From NCBI GenBank assembly GCA_951406725.2, contig OX597815.1, positions 132,866,001 to 132,930,000 on the forward strand: a stretch of 64,000 nucleotides of DNA, in the 5' to 3' direction. The stretch's first letter is position 1. Every line of letters starts with the position of its first letter. This document shows, in pieces, positions 27,680-41,393 of the stretch. A program made the position numbers and the translations under genes. The notes below the pieces were generated by a model that had not been told where the DNA came from, ran no database searches, and worked only from the letters and a program-made list of their open reading frames with translations. Source of the DNA: Octopus vulgaris (lineage: Eukaryota).

Positions 27680-27740
27680 TATACTGTGTATGTGTGACCG
27701 ATAATGTTTACATAACTGTGATGATTATGTATATATCTTA

Positions 27741-27794
<54 letters not shown>

Positions 27795-28180
27795 AGGAAG
27801 TGAGAATGTTGGATGATAATATATATATTTTTATTTACATTTTATTTAACTTTTTTGAGCTTTCTTCCGTTATCGGATTTATCAAAAAGTAGTTTAAAGT
27901 TAGATTTCTTGGCCTTTTTATGTATTAAAAAAATTGTGGGATTTGCCAAGCAAGGGAGAGAAAGAAGCAAACATTTTTTGAGAAGGAAGGGGAGGTAAAA
28001 AGGTGTGGATTGTGCATTGGTATGGTCAGACTTGTTTGTTTAATACTTTGTGGCCTTTTAAGGTGGGGAAGGAAATAGAATCTTTGTATTTGAATTTACC
28101 AAATGTTGTTTTTGACTTTCTTCAGTAAAAATTATAATTGCGTTTCAAGGTCTTGTTCTTTTGTATTCATTAAAGATGGA

Positions 28181-28555
28181 AGCACTCCGTCGGTTACGAC
28201 GACGAGGGTTCCGGTTGATCCGAATCAACGGAACAGCCTGCTCGTGAAATTAACGTGTAAGTGGCTGAGCACTCCACAGATACGTGTACCCTTAACATAG
28301 TTCTCGGGAATATTCTGCGTGACGCAGAGAGTGACAAGGCCGGCCCTTTGAAATACAGGTACAACAGAAACAGGAAGTAAGAGAAAGTTGTGGCGAAAGA
28401 GTACAACAGGGATCACCACCATCTCCTGCCGGAGCCTCGTGGAGCTTTAGGTGTTTTCGCTCAATAAACACTCACAACGCCCGGTCTGGGAATCGAAACC
28501 GCGATCCTATGACCGCGAGTCCGCTGCCCTAACCACTGGGCCATTGCGCCTCCAC
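28181..28555 (-). mobile_element. tRNA-derived SINE family C, full length
   Basis: Head GGAGGCGCAATGGCCCAGTGGTTAGGGCAGCGGACTCGCGGTC...GGTTTCGATTCCC, 3' stem-loop CGTCG-TAAC-CGACG. Imperfect target duplication ATT(C/T)ATTAAAGA. A head-only copy is at 57117-57197 (+). Confidence 0.88.
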
Positions 28556-28894
28556 ATTTATTAAAGAATAGTTGTATGGATGTCGTCAAATTTTTTCGAT
28601 TGAAATTCTAGATGTTTTCAAAAGAGTGATTTTTAGTTCACTATACACTCACACAGCAATTATATATATACATATAAATACACACACATATAAAAGACCA
28701 AGAAATCTAACTTTAAACCACATATTGATAAATCCTATAACGGAAGAAAGCGCTGAAAATGCAAATAAACTATAAGTAAAAATATATATATATCATGGAA
28801 CATTCTGACTACCTTATTATTCTGAATATACAATATCTGTACATCACTTCAAAAGCTCTCTCTCTCTCTCACTCTCCCCCCTCTCTCTCTCACT

Positions 28895-28992
<98 letters not shown>

Positions 28993-29237
28993 GCATGTAC
29001 TGTTTCGTAAATAGTAGTATCAACAAAAAGGGATTCTTCGAATGAAGGATAAATGTCATTTAAATTTAATATATACATTTATACGAGTGCATTTGAATTT
29101 AGTTTGCACTAGATATACATACATAAGAGAAAAACGGCATATATACCGTTTTCAGCAAACAGCTAATAAAATGTAATTGTAGAAAACAATATCATAACTA
29201 AGTAGCTGAAAACAAAATAAGATATATACTGTTCAAT

Positions 29238-29286
<49 letters not shown>

Positions 29287-29577
29287 TAGAAAATATTGCA
29301 CTAAACAGTGTGACATTTTCATAAAAGTGTAATTTCATGCAGTTCTAAAAAGAAAATAGGCAAAACAAATGGTGTCACGACTTTCCTTAATTTACACATT
29401 GAAAGGTAAAATGTATGTCTATTAATAAGTAATATCGTTCATTTCATGTTTTTATCTAGTGGTCGTTATCTGCTACCTCTGAGTTAATATGTGTGTGTAT
29501 GTGTTTATGTATATGTGTGTGCGTGTGTGTGTATGTTTTATGTTGTATGTGAGTGTATGTGTTTATATATATATATA

Positions 29578-29965
29578 TGGAGTGGCTGTGTAGTAAGTAG
29601 CTTGCTTAACAACCACATGGTTCCGTTTTCAGTCCAACTGCGTGACACTTTGGGGAAGTGTCTTCTACTATAGCCTCGGGACGACCAATGCCTTGTGAGT
29701 GGATTTGGTAGACGGAAACTGAAAGAAACCCTTCGTATATATGTGTGTGTGTGTGTGTGTTTGTCTCTGTGTTTGCCCCCTTCATCGCTTGACAACCGAT
29801 GTTGATGTGTTTCCGTCCCCGTAACTTAGCCGTTCGGCAGATGAGACCCATAAAATAAGTACTAGGCTTACAAAGAATAAGTCCTGCGGTCGATTTGTTC
29901 AACTAAGGGCAGTGCTTCAGCATGGCCGCAGTCAAATGACTTAAACAAATATAAAAGTAAAAGAG
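29578..29965 (+). mobile_element. SINE family B, near full length
   Basis: Head, body, internal (TG)n and tail all present. (TA)n on both sides. Confidence 0.88.
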
Positions 29966-29970
29966 TGTGT

Positions 29971-30105
<135 letters not shown>

Positions 30106-30460
30106 GCTCTATCTTCAGAGAGTGGGCTGTGGTTAAACACCGCTGGCCACAATGTTCTTCCTTGCTTTACTGTGGCATTTGAGAGATGCGACCCTGATGG
30201 TGAGGTTGGTTGACTATCAAATCCTTCGGACAGAATGTTAGTTGATTGCAAGGTTACCTATTTACAGCCGAATGGACTGGAGTAACGTGAACTGAAGTGT
30301 TTTGTTCAGGAACACAATGTGTCACCGACCTGGGAATCGAAGACTTGATTCTGTAATCGAGACTGTAACACTCTAGCATGTATCTTTCCACACAACCACA
30401 TTAACACGCACGCACACACACACACGCGCGCGCGCGCACAACACACACAGATATATACAC

Positions 30461-31709
30461 CGTTAAATGTTGGGGTGAAATTCAATCCCTTTGCTGGTTT
30501 GAAAGGTTTTTATGTGAGAGATTTATCGCCTTCGGGATCTCACATTTGGTTGGTGCCATCGAGTGTCCCGGTTTTAGGCCAGTTTATCTAAAAATAGGTT
30601 TCTTGATTTCTTATATAAGGAATTAGTGTTCCTGTTGAATGTCCTTCCGCTGACCCTTGGTCTATTGTCGGTTCTCCGTTGCAGTCGGGTCTGAGTGAGG
30701 TTGTCGTAATGGTTGTATCCTGTCTGGACGAGGTAGTTATTGTGGAAGAAATGCCTCGAGCGGGAAAAGATCCTACTTCTTCTTTGGTCCTGTTCGAAAT
30801 CTATTATTTCTTATTTCTCTTATAATTCTGTCCGAAAGATTTATTCACGAATATGTTACTTCGGAGACCTGAAGGGTTCTTTGGGGTGAGATGGATTTCT
30901 GTATCTTTGAGTGGGTGTGTCTCGTCTTGTAATGTAAAGGAATTTCCCGTTTTATGTCTTTGATGAGTATTTAGAACCCTGGAAAGGGTACTGGTTATTC
31001 TTGGTTCTGGATGGGCATTCCGGTATTGTTCTGGTAGTGACTTTCTTCCGATTGTGTGGAGTTCGTAAGTTTTAGTTTTCTTTTTGTTTTTCAAGAAAAA
31101 GTTATCAGATTGGTATTCCTCCTTGGATTTTTCTTCACAGTTATTGAATCAATCGTTGCTTTTTTTCCCACCTTTGAAGTAAGATTACTTCTTCGTTTTC
31201 ACAGTTCTTTCTCCAAAGTGGAATGGTATTATCAAAAAGTCCCCCTTGATCTATTTTCGCTATTTCAACTGTCATTTCTTCATCAATTGAGGTAATCTTT
31301 TCTTGGTGGGATTGAGCTCTGAGTTTCAAGATTTCTATCTCCATTGTGAAGTTCTCCAGAAACATTTTCTCCTTAGGTTCTCTCTATTTTGCTGGTTCGT
31401 TGGGGATGGCTTTAATTTGTAGCTTTCTGGGGAGAATATAAGAAGTTGAACTGAGCCGTCTCTCGTATATCTCTGCTTCATTGGAAAATCTCTACTTTAT
31501 TGGAATTTATTGGAATTGACTATATTCCAGAAAGCGAATTTATGATTTTTATCATGTTTTTCCCATACTCGAAGTATAGCTTCCTTGATATCGGAAGGCT
31601 GTTGACAGATGAAGTTATTTTTTCTCTTCCAGGATTAGGGTTATTTTCATATTTATGCATTAGTGAGGTTTTGAATGATTTACAGATTTTTTCCTCCTTA
31701 TTAAAGACA
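30461..31709 (-). mobile_element. Penelope-like element 5' portion, inverted relative to its 3' portion
   Basis: Coiled-coil-like N-terminal frame (ENFTMEIEILKLRAQSHQEKITSIDEEM...WRKNCENEE...WEKK) followed near 30470-30540 by INLS and KGLNFTPT, conserved PLE pre-RT motifs. Confidence 0.7.
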
Positions 31710-32830
31710 TACGAATGAAAAAGGCACTGGAAACACATAGGATTATTAAAAGTAAGAGACAACCGCAATCCCTAAAAGAGTTACTCACCAGAGCCAAATT
31801 GCCCAACAAAAATACAACCCTACTATTCAAAAAAGGTGCAACCGCCCTAACTGCAGAACTTGCATCTTCTTCTTAGAGGACTCAAGATACAAATTTAAGT
31901 CAGGTCAAACTTTTCCAATTAAAAAATCACATTTTTTTAATCTATGTTCTCAAATGTGGAGGGTGTGGTGGAGACTACATATGTCAAGCTAGTTTAACCT
32001 TGAGGGACGGACCAACGGTGCACAGGCAACAAATCCGGGACCCCAGGATTAGGAAACTTCTCGTAAGCAAACACCTAGGCCAATACCCTGTTAACATAAA
32101 CCCGAAATACCAAATCTTCTTTCTCTGTCAATGCACCAGAAACACTTCAACGCAATTCTGTTTAAATAAGGAAAGCATACTCATTAAAAAATATAAACAA
32201 CAGCTAAATATCTTCTAGAAAGAAGAAAAAACACTAAAGAGAAAAAGGATAAAATACTCAATTTTTCCACAAAAGACAACCAGGAACAACTATTTAAAAA
32301 AAAATAGTAACAGTCTTCCACCCGGGTTTCAAAACCGCATCTCCAAATCACCATACAATAACACCATACAAACACAACCTGTCGACGTCACCTATCTCTA
32401 GATCAATGAAATTTTACAAACACCAGTTGCTGACGTCACCTAACTTTAGACCAATCAAAACCGAACTTCAGCAATTACAACAAAATCACCCTTTAAAAGA
32501 ATCAATCAACCGGAACGACTGATGACCGTTCCTCACAGGGAAGCCTATCAAACAGAACGACAAACTTGATCACCGGAAAAGCAAAATGTCATCAGTTCTT
32601 TAACAAATCAAAAATCAGATCCGTTAGTGGAAAAAATTATAAATACACTGGATTCCAAAACACACCGTTACAAGCGGAAGTTCCTACACACGACGGAGAG
32701 AGGATCAGAGAAAAAAGAACAGAAATGAGAATAAATTTTTCTATGGATATTTTGTAGATCACGAATATAACATCCGTTTCTTTCTGCGACCCCCAGTTTC
32801 TCGTAAATTACCATCTTACTTACGTTAAGT
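31710..32830 (+). mobile_element. Penelope-like element (Neptune-type) 3' portion: linker, Zn finger, GIY-YIG and 3' UTR
   Basis: IIKSKRQPQSLKELLTRAKL, CNRPNCRTC, and LIYVLKCGGCGGDYICQASLTLRDGPTVHRQQIRDPRIRKLLVSKHL. Degenerate hammerhead core at 32519. The right boundary is approximate. Confidence 0.85.
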
Positions 32831-32999
32831 ACACTGATGGCTCCGTAGGAATTGAGTGCAAACAGGATTGGGTCGAAACTGATAACTCTAAAAAGTTATG
32901 AACGGAATTTGAAATAATTTTAATGGGATGTTACTAAGGTATTTGTCAATCGAATCTATCAAAATTATAAAAGTACACCCAATATTTTTATAGTTATAT

Positions 33000-34355
33000 G
33001 AGTGCAAATCCGTGGTAGATCTGACACGAAGCCACACCTCATCACCCAACCTGAACTCAATGATCTAGTTCGTGATCTAACACTTGCTAATCAACAGAGC
33101 GAAGTCCTGGCTCAACGTCTGCAACAACGGAACCTATTGGATAAAGATGCTCGAATTACAGCATTTAAGAAGCGTTCTGCTGATCTACAGTAATTCTTCA
33201 CTTTGGAAAACAATTTCACTTATTGCAATGATGTCAGAGATATTCAATGCCCTTGAACTGATCTATGAACTAAAAGAGTGCAGGTTATTCATAGATGCAT
33301 CCCTTTACGGCATAAAAGCTTTTCTGTTACACATTCGGAACACAATGCCTTCAGTTCTAATTGCTCACTCAATCATTTAAAGAGAGACATATGAGAACCT
33401 CACTTTTATTCTAGACCGCATAAGTTACAAGGAGCATGATTGGCTAATTCGTGCAGACTTAAAAGTAGTAGCTCTACTTAAAGGGCTACAAACTTGAAGG
33501 ATCAGATCAGAACATTATGTACGCTCAGAATGGCCACCTCGGGAGACTATGACGCCTGGATACCATAATGTGAATTGCAAGCCACTAGTTAAGGTGAAAA
33601 TCATTTTGCCACCACTGCATATAAAACTAGTCCTAATGAAGCAATTTACCAAAGCACTGCAACATAACAAGCCATGTTTCCAGTACCTCAAAGCAATCTT
33701 CCCTTAAATAAGTGATGCCAAGATTAAAGAGGGCATGTTCGTAGGCCCCCCAGAACCGTCAACTTGTAGCTGCTAAGGCGACAGTGGATGAAACTGAGCT
33801 AGCGTCCGGGCATGCATTTAAAGATGTATGCAAAGGACTTCTGGAGAAACACAAATTGGCCCGGAGAGAGTATAGTGTAGAGTCTAATCAAGTGCTAATC
33901 AAGATCTCGGATACAATATGTCACTGAAGATACACTTTCTTCATTCTCATCCGTCCTTCTTTCCAGAGAATGCGAGTGAGTGATGAACATGGAGAGATTT
34001 TCCATCAAGGTATAGCGTCAATGGAAAACAGGTATAAGGGAAAATGGAGCGAAGCTATGCTAGTTGACTTCTGCTGGAACCTTAAGCGTGTCACATCTGA
34101 GACGTCTTACAAACGAAGTAAATATCAAAATGTAGGTTAATCCAATGGACTTACCTAATCTCACTTTGGGAGCAAAATAAATCTATAGCATCGTGAAAAT
34201 TAGTTTATATTGCATAGTTATTAAATCGGTAATTTACTAGAAAATGTGACGTGATGGGAATTTTCGTTATAAAATTCGAATTTAACACAATCCACTTCAT
34301 AAAATGCACATGAGAATTATGTTTTTGTCTTGACACCGAAATTTGCTGCACAGTG
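33000..34355 (+). mobile_element. Chapaev3-like (CMC) DNA transposon fossil, 5'-truncated
   Basis: PHLITQPELNDLVRDL...RLFIDAS...ETYENL...ADLKVVALL...ILPPLHIKLVLMKQFTKAL...AKIKEGMFVGP...MSLKIHFLHSH...SDEHGE...MLVDFCW, with stops and frameshifts. Ends in CAGTG at 34351-34355. Confidence 0.8.
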
Positions 34356-34910
34356 TTATTGCTGTTGTTTTTGTACACTAGGCACATGCATCACAACGAT
34401 ATGTGCGTGACATGGTGATCTCATATCAAGATAAACAGCACATGACCTTGCAGAAGGGGCCCAGTTAGAATTTTCTTCTGGTCGAGTAACCCACCCCGCT
34501 CAAAAGGTCCCTGAATAAGGGTTGTTAAGGGTGCTGAACGAAACACCCATGTTTCCAGAGGTGAATTATTCAAACCCCAAAGAATCCCTCTCAACACATG
34601 GTTATGATGCTCCTGCACTACTTCTGCTCGTGAGCAGAGATGCACATATCGTCAGCCACTAAGGGACATGCTCAATCTGTGGTATTGAGCAGAATATTTG
34701 CTGTAGCCCATCTTTTATACCAAGACAAAACAATGTACATGATAACACTTCCAATCAGTTAAGATCAGAAGCCACGGGAGCCAGAGAGCCACTGCCTGGT
34801 ACTGCATCAGGGCATTCATTATTATTATTATTATTTTTATTTATATTATTATTAGTAGTAGTAGTATGATTATTATTATTTTTACTATTATTATTATTAT
34901 CATTATTATT

Positions 34911-36400
34911 CAGTAGTTTTATTTTTATAGCGTGCTTTCACTTCACTACCGAGCGCAGCTCTGTGTGCCTTGGGTATGTGCTGTGATGTGTTGTGATGCT
35001 CTGATGGTTATTGTATGGAAAGTGTTCTGCGTAGGATGTGTGCAGTGCCTTGTAGTGCAATTTTCTGTATGTTATATGTGTTTGTAAGTCCTGGTGTTTT
35101 TGTTATGTATTTGTCTGAATATTTTTTTATCATGCCTAATGCACCCACTATGATAGGAATTGTTTCTGTTTTCAGATTCTACATTCTAGTTACCTCTATT
35201 TCCAGGTCTTTGTATTTTGAGAGTTTCTCCATTTCTTTTAGAGACACGTTGTCATCAGCCGGTATTGATACATCAATTAGAAAGCATTTTTTTCTTCATG
35301 GTCTCTGACAACTATATCTGGTCTGTTGGCCTTAATTTCTCTATCTGTGTGTATCGGCATATCCCAGAGTATGGTTGCTTTCTCGTTTTCTGTGACCTTT
35401 TCTGGTGTGTGCCTATACCATCTTTCTTCTGCTGTTATTCCATAATGTTGGCATAGCTTCCAATGTATGTAGGTTCCAACTCTGTCATGTCTGTGAATAT
35501 ATTCCTTCTTAGCCAGGACTGGGCAGCTAGAGATAATATGATTTATTGTTTCTTGTCCATCTCCACATATTCTGCAGTTACTTGTAATATTTCTTTTCAT
35601 TACATGTTTTTGGTAATTTCTGGTGGGGAGGCTTTGGTCTTGTGCTGCAATTAAAAATCCCTCTGTTTCTGCTTTGAGTCCTGAGCTTCTCAACCATTGC
35701 TGGGATTTTTCTTTGTCTATTTCTTTTGCGTTTAGTTTAGTCCAGTATTTACCATGAAGGGGCTTTTCTTGCCATCGTTTTATCATGGTTCGTTGCTGTT
35801 CTATTTTTAGTTTGGATTTCATTTGTTTTATAGCTTTTGTTGCTTCTTCATCTTCTTCTTCTTCTTCTTCATGTTTATTAGGTGGTATGATTTCTTGTTT
35901 GTATTTGTCAGCTTCCTTAAATACTGAGAACAGTTTTTTGTTTTGCTCGTGTTTTGCCGCTATCTGGATCAGTTTTCCTTCCTTCTGAAGTAGATATTTT
36001 TGCAGTCCTATGGTGGTTATTTTATAGTAGTTTTCCAGCTGTATAAGGCCTCTACCACCTTCTATACGTTGTATATATAGTCTTTCTATGTCAGATTTGG
36101 GGTGATGCATCCTAGATCTTGTCATTATTTTTTTTTGTTTTCCTATCTATTTTGGTCAGTTCATTTCGTGTCCAGTTAAAGATATTGTAGCTGTAACTTA
36201 TAACTGGGACAGCTAAAGTGTTGATACCTATTATCTTGTTTTTAGCATTGAGCTCTGTGTTTAGTATTGATCTAACTCGTCTATAATATTCTTTTTTATT
36301 TTCTCTTTCATTTGTGTGTGTTGTGTCTTATCTAGTTCATGGATTCCTAAGTATTTGTAAGTTTGGCTTTGGTCTAATTCTTTTATTTCATTGGTTTTAT
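34911..36400 (-). mobile_element. R4/Dong-clade non-LTR retrotransposon, 5'-truncated, inside (TAA)n
   Basis: YKYLG; ERLYIQRIEGGRGL; ETEGFLIAAQDQ; CRIC...ETINHIISSC; RHD; NRPDIV...LIDVSIP...KLSKYKDL (CCHC plus RLE domain). TAA repeats on both sides. Confidence 0.93.
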
Positions 36401-36419
36401 CTCTTATTTATTTTATATT

Positions 36420-36928
<509 letters not shown>

Positions 36929-37803
36929 CGCATGCTATATTCATATATTTATACCAATTACACGACGTACATATATATGCATATATTATATAGGCTCATT
37001 AGATAAAAAAAAGTGAGCAAACAATAACCCGTAATACTGAATTGCAACTTCCTACATCGTTCAAGTTTCGTGCAAGTGGCGATCAACTTGTGAAATATAA
37101 CCTTGAAGCAACAATCCTCTCGGTTTTTATACAGATTTGCTATGTACCTAGTCTATGACTTTTATCAAAATATTTTTTTTTCAACTAAGTACAGTTTCTA
37201 ATCGATTTATGATTAAAACGAATTTACGGAATCTACAAAGTAAAATGATTTTGAGCTAAGATAGAAAATTGCATAGAGAACGTGGATTCTTATTAACATA
37301 TTCTTTCATCAACAACAATAGCCCTGTATAACTAGTTATGGGTAAAGTTCTGAAACTTAACATATAATTGGATTCTTCCTATATTAGTGACATAACTACA
37401 GTAAAATTATATCTCACTAAACAAATTTTTATTTTACACGTCTATAGACGCGGGGTAAACTTGGTACTGCTTTTAAAATAAGTGATCGGATTTAAAATAA
37501 GAAAATTGATTGCCCGAGCTGAAAATAATATTAGGTTATGATAAAGTTAACAATTTCTTTGTTAGCCACTCTTCGTCTGACTCTATATGAACATTCAATA
37601 TGTAGTTAACTAACGTTTCGGACAGCCGACTAAAATATTTGAATACATGTTAAGGTAATTGCAAAAAAAAGGTAGGAAAGTATAAACACAACATCAACAC
37701 TATATCTCTTACTGGATACTGAATATATTTTAATGCTTTTAAGAATTCTTTTTATAAGAAGTTGAATGATAGAATGAATGGATTTCTTTTTCATATCTTA
37801 CAG

Positions 37804-37983
37804 GAGTCACCACGGAAAAAGACAGAGGAAAGAAAGTCTGCATGTATACTAATCCAAGAGTATTCGCCTTCAAACCACATGTTTCACTGGGCTCGTATGG
37901 TTCACCTGACTTAATCTGTCCTTGGGACCTTGACCTGCCTTCTCCTCAATATCCCCGGTGCAATGCAACACATTTGAAATTAG
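37804..37983 (+). CDS. Kelch-repeat protein, internal exon
   Basis: Acceptor tttttcatatcttacAG, donor AG|GTAATC. 180 nt, phase 1 to 1. Reads (G)VTTEKDRGKKVCMYTNPRVFAFKPHVSLGSYGSPDLICPWDLDLPSPQYPRCNATHLKL(G). Completes the GG begun in the previous exon. Confidence 0.82.
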
Positions 37984-39799
37984 GTAATCAAACATCGATT
38001 GCATTTTGTGGAAATCACTGCTTTGTTGCGTAAACATTATTAGTGTTATTTAAACTGGCAATTGACAATCCCCAAGACAAAAGGCAAGTACTTTGAGTGA
38101 CAGAATACAGCAGTTATAGAAAAGTTCCTAGCTCAACAATAGACATATATAAATCTGATGACTATTAGAAACCATCATTTGACGACTGAAATGCTGTGTC
38201 AGTTCCCATAAAGAAATTTCAAAATTAGGGATACAGCAATGTTATAATATTCGTTTATTCTCACATACAAGCATTGTCTGGTTCTTTATAGATATACGCA
38301 TAAGTGTGTTATAATAACATTACGACAGTTTCCTAATTCTGTCAAACCGTATATATACAGATTACATATCTGTATATTACAGTGGAACGTAGATCAGATG
38401 TAAATGCATTCAAACGTGAATTGATATCTGATCGCAGCAATCTCAAATTAGTTATAAAGCATTCATTATACACAATCCCTCCATGGCTCACTGCAGCTGA
38501 GAGATATAGTTACATTAAAGATATGAATATGTGCATAACCTCAGAGTTTGCTAAGAGTACTATACCAGTATAGAGTGCATCTAACAAGTACATATGATGT
38601 GGTGTGTTTATTATTTGAAGTCGTACACAAAGAGGTATTAGATTTGTGTGCGATGGTTTTAGACAAGAAGATATGAATATAATTGGTAATGCCCAGAAAG
38701 CATATGTCCCTATCAATGCACTAACAATCTGTTGTATTATCAATTCATGAATTTCATCTTTCAGTTGATACATTACAAAATCGATTATATTTTAGCATTC
38801 TCCATACTTACTCAACGTGAATAATATCATTTATCCTCATCTTTAATATGTGAACATTAATTTTATGACTACGCTCATTAACAGTAATGCACACTTGAGT
38901 AAGTGTATAGGTAATTGATTCGATCTTATTATACACCTAATGTATATTTATCAATCTTAGAGATGCTATATGCAAAATTACAACAGCCCATACTCTGACA
39001 GAGAAAGGTTAAGATGTAAAGTTTGATATCGTACGCTACTTTCTCGCTTTTAATTAGGTATGGAATTATTTATTGGAATAAGATTAACTCTTCTTATAGC
39101 AAGTTATTTGTTGATGGCGTTGAGCCCCCAGTTTTTTGTCTATTTCGGTGTCATTTCAGTCACAACAAATCAGCTAACACTTATCATTCGTTTCTGTCTA
39201 TAACAAATCGTTGCCATCTTAGACATTTCTATCAAATTCCTTAGTATTTTTGCCTAATCGACAACCTCTTCACATTGGATAACTAAACTTAGTGTTTCTC
39301 ACATCTCAACTATTCTTCACCACGTAAAATTCACTCAAATCTTGGCTACCTTTTTCATCATTCTCTCTTCTCTGCTGCCTTTGAAGCAATGACTCGAAAT
39401 CCATTGCAAAATAGAGGTAAATGGACATTATTTCATTTTACATGGAAACTGCTGACACAACTGTCGAACCCAATCCATCAACAAAACAGACACAGAGTTA
39501 CTAATACTTTTAACTATAGTGCTAATAATTATCAGTGGTTGGTTAGACCCTTTATTAATATACTGCGTTTTTCGTCAAATTTGTCATAGAAGTAGTAGGT
39601 ACTGCCTCTCTGACAACATAAATCGAGCTATACATGAGAAAGTAACTATACTTAGATTTGTATGTAGTAATTTTTAAAAACAACTCGTTGATATGACGAT
39701 GAACTCTTACCTATAGAGTGTGCTCATTCGTGCATTCTAGAATAAATTGTTCCTCATAAGAGTAAATACAGAAACTTGAATTGTAGAATCCTTTCTTTA

Positions 39800-39853
<54 letters not shown>

Positions 39854-39901
39854 GTATAATATAATATATATGCGAGTATGTTTATAATATAATGTAATAT
39901 G

Positions 39902-39958
<57 letters not shown>

Positions 39959-40113
39959 TTATGTACGTGCGTACCTTCGTATGAATGTATTTATGTATCA
40001 GTAGCTAAGGGCGTCTTAAACTGTTACTGCGAGTTTTGCTGATTATTCAAAGAACATAAGGGGCGCAGCGTAACAGTATATAATCAAATATATTTCTAAC
40101 CACATTGATATAT

Positions 40114-40503
40114 AGGAATGGCTGTGTGGTAAGTAGCTTGCTTCTCAACTACATGGTCCCGGGTTCAGTCCCACTGCGTGGAACCTTGGTCAACTGTCTT
40201 CTACTATTGCCCCGGACCAACCAAAGCCTTGTGAGTGGGTTGCGTAGACAGAAACTTAAAGAAGCTTGTCGTATATATATGTGGGAGGTGCGTGTGTGTG
40301 TGTGTGTGTGCATGTTTGTGCTTGACAACCGATGGTGGTGTGTGTACATTCCCTTAACTTAGCGGTTCGGCAAAAACAGTTTGATAGAATAAGTACTAGG
40401 CTTACAAAGAATAAGTCCTGCGGTCGATTTCTTCGACTAAAAGAAAAGGCGGTACTCAACCAAGGCCGCCGTCAAACGGCTGAAACAAATATAATAAAAG
40501 AAT
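40114..40503 (+). mobile_element. SINE family B, near full length
   Basis: Aligns by eye to 29578-29965. A further 5' piece lies at ~47445-47585. Confidence 0.85.
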
Positions 40504-40510
40504 GCATACA

Positions 40511-40546
<36 letters not shown>

Positions 40547-40554
40547 TATATATT

Positions 40555-41180
40555 AAATAAAACCATATACACTTAGAAATTTAATTTAGATTAGCTAATT
40601 CTCTCAATCTTGATACCTTATGACAAAGGCAAGGAATACTGTCTTCTCTGTAATTCTGAATTATTCTTTTTTTTTTCTTTTTTCTAAAAATCCCCTTGTA
40701 AAGTCGGTTATAGAGCGTGCATACTGATGTAAACATTGGCAGAAACACACCTTTAGTTCATATAAGTGATAGCTATCATTATATATAATATAAACATTAA
40801 TTTTCTTCTTACATTTCACACTCACTTGATATATCTTTTTCCAAGTCTATATGGTTATATTTAATATACATATAGTTATATACTTCTAATTTATTTAGTT
40901 TTTCTTTCCTTTATCCTTCCTCTTTCTATAGGCTACATTTGACGTTATATCCTATAACATTTTTTAAACAAACTTAATGGCGTTTAGTTAATCACTGTAC
41001 ATATCCATCATTTTCTGTTAAAATGTCTTATTGACGAGTTTCATTTCTTCATTTCCCTGAAGAGACTACATTGTTTTACACCATTTTATTCCTTTGGAAT
41101 AATACCAGTCATAACTTCGAGACATGTGTCGGAAGTAAAAGAATTTGAATAACACTTGCGTTTAACTACATTTATTTATA
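40555..41180 (+). mobile_element. Penelope-like element extreme 3' fragment with 3' UTR
   Basis: PYDKGKEYCLLCNSEL...CKHWQKH (end of a GIY-YIG domain, CxLC..E...CxH) followed by a hammerhead-like motif at 41051. (TA)n on both sides. Confidence 0.65.
41051..41136 (+). ncRNA. Degenerate type I hammerhead-like motif (GAAA changed to GAGA)
   Basis: AUUUCC CUGAAGA ... GAGAC-augu-GUC GGAAGU: 6-bp stem I, GUC triplet, damaged stem II. Confidence 0.55.
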
Positions 41181-41347
41181 TATATATATTATACAAGATA
41201 TTTCACGTAAACCCGAAGTTTCTACCTTTAAAAACAAGGAGTTACAACCTTTTTACTTATGGGATTTTAGCTACCCTGGTAACTCTCTATATATTTTTTC
41301 GTGTTAATTGTTAACAAGGGAAAATACACAAATCTCTCTCTCTCTCT

Positions 41348-41393
<46 letters not shown>

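Noticed and set aside
34600-34662. CUGACGA on the minus strand followed by a hairpin
   Set aside because: No GAAA box or stem I partner at the right spacing, so it is not counted as a hammerhead.
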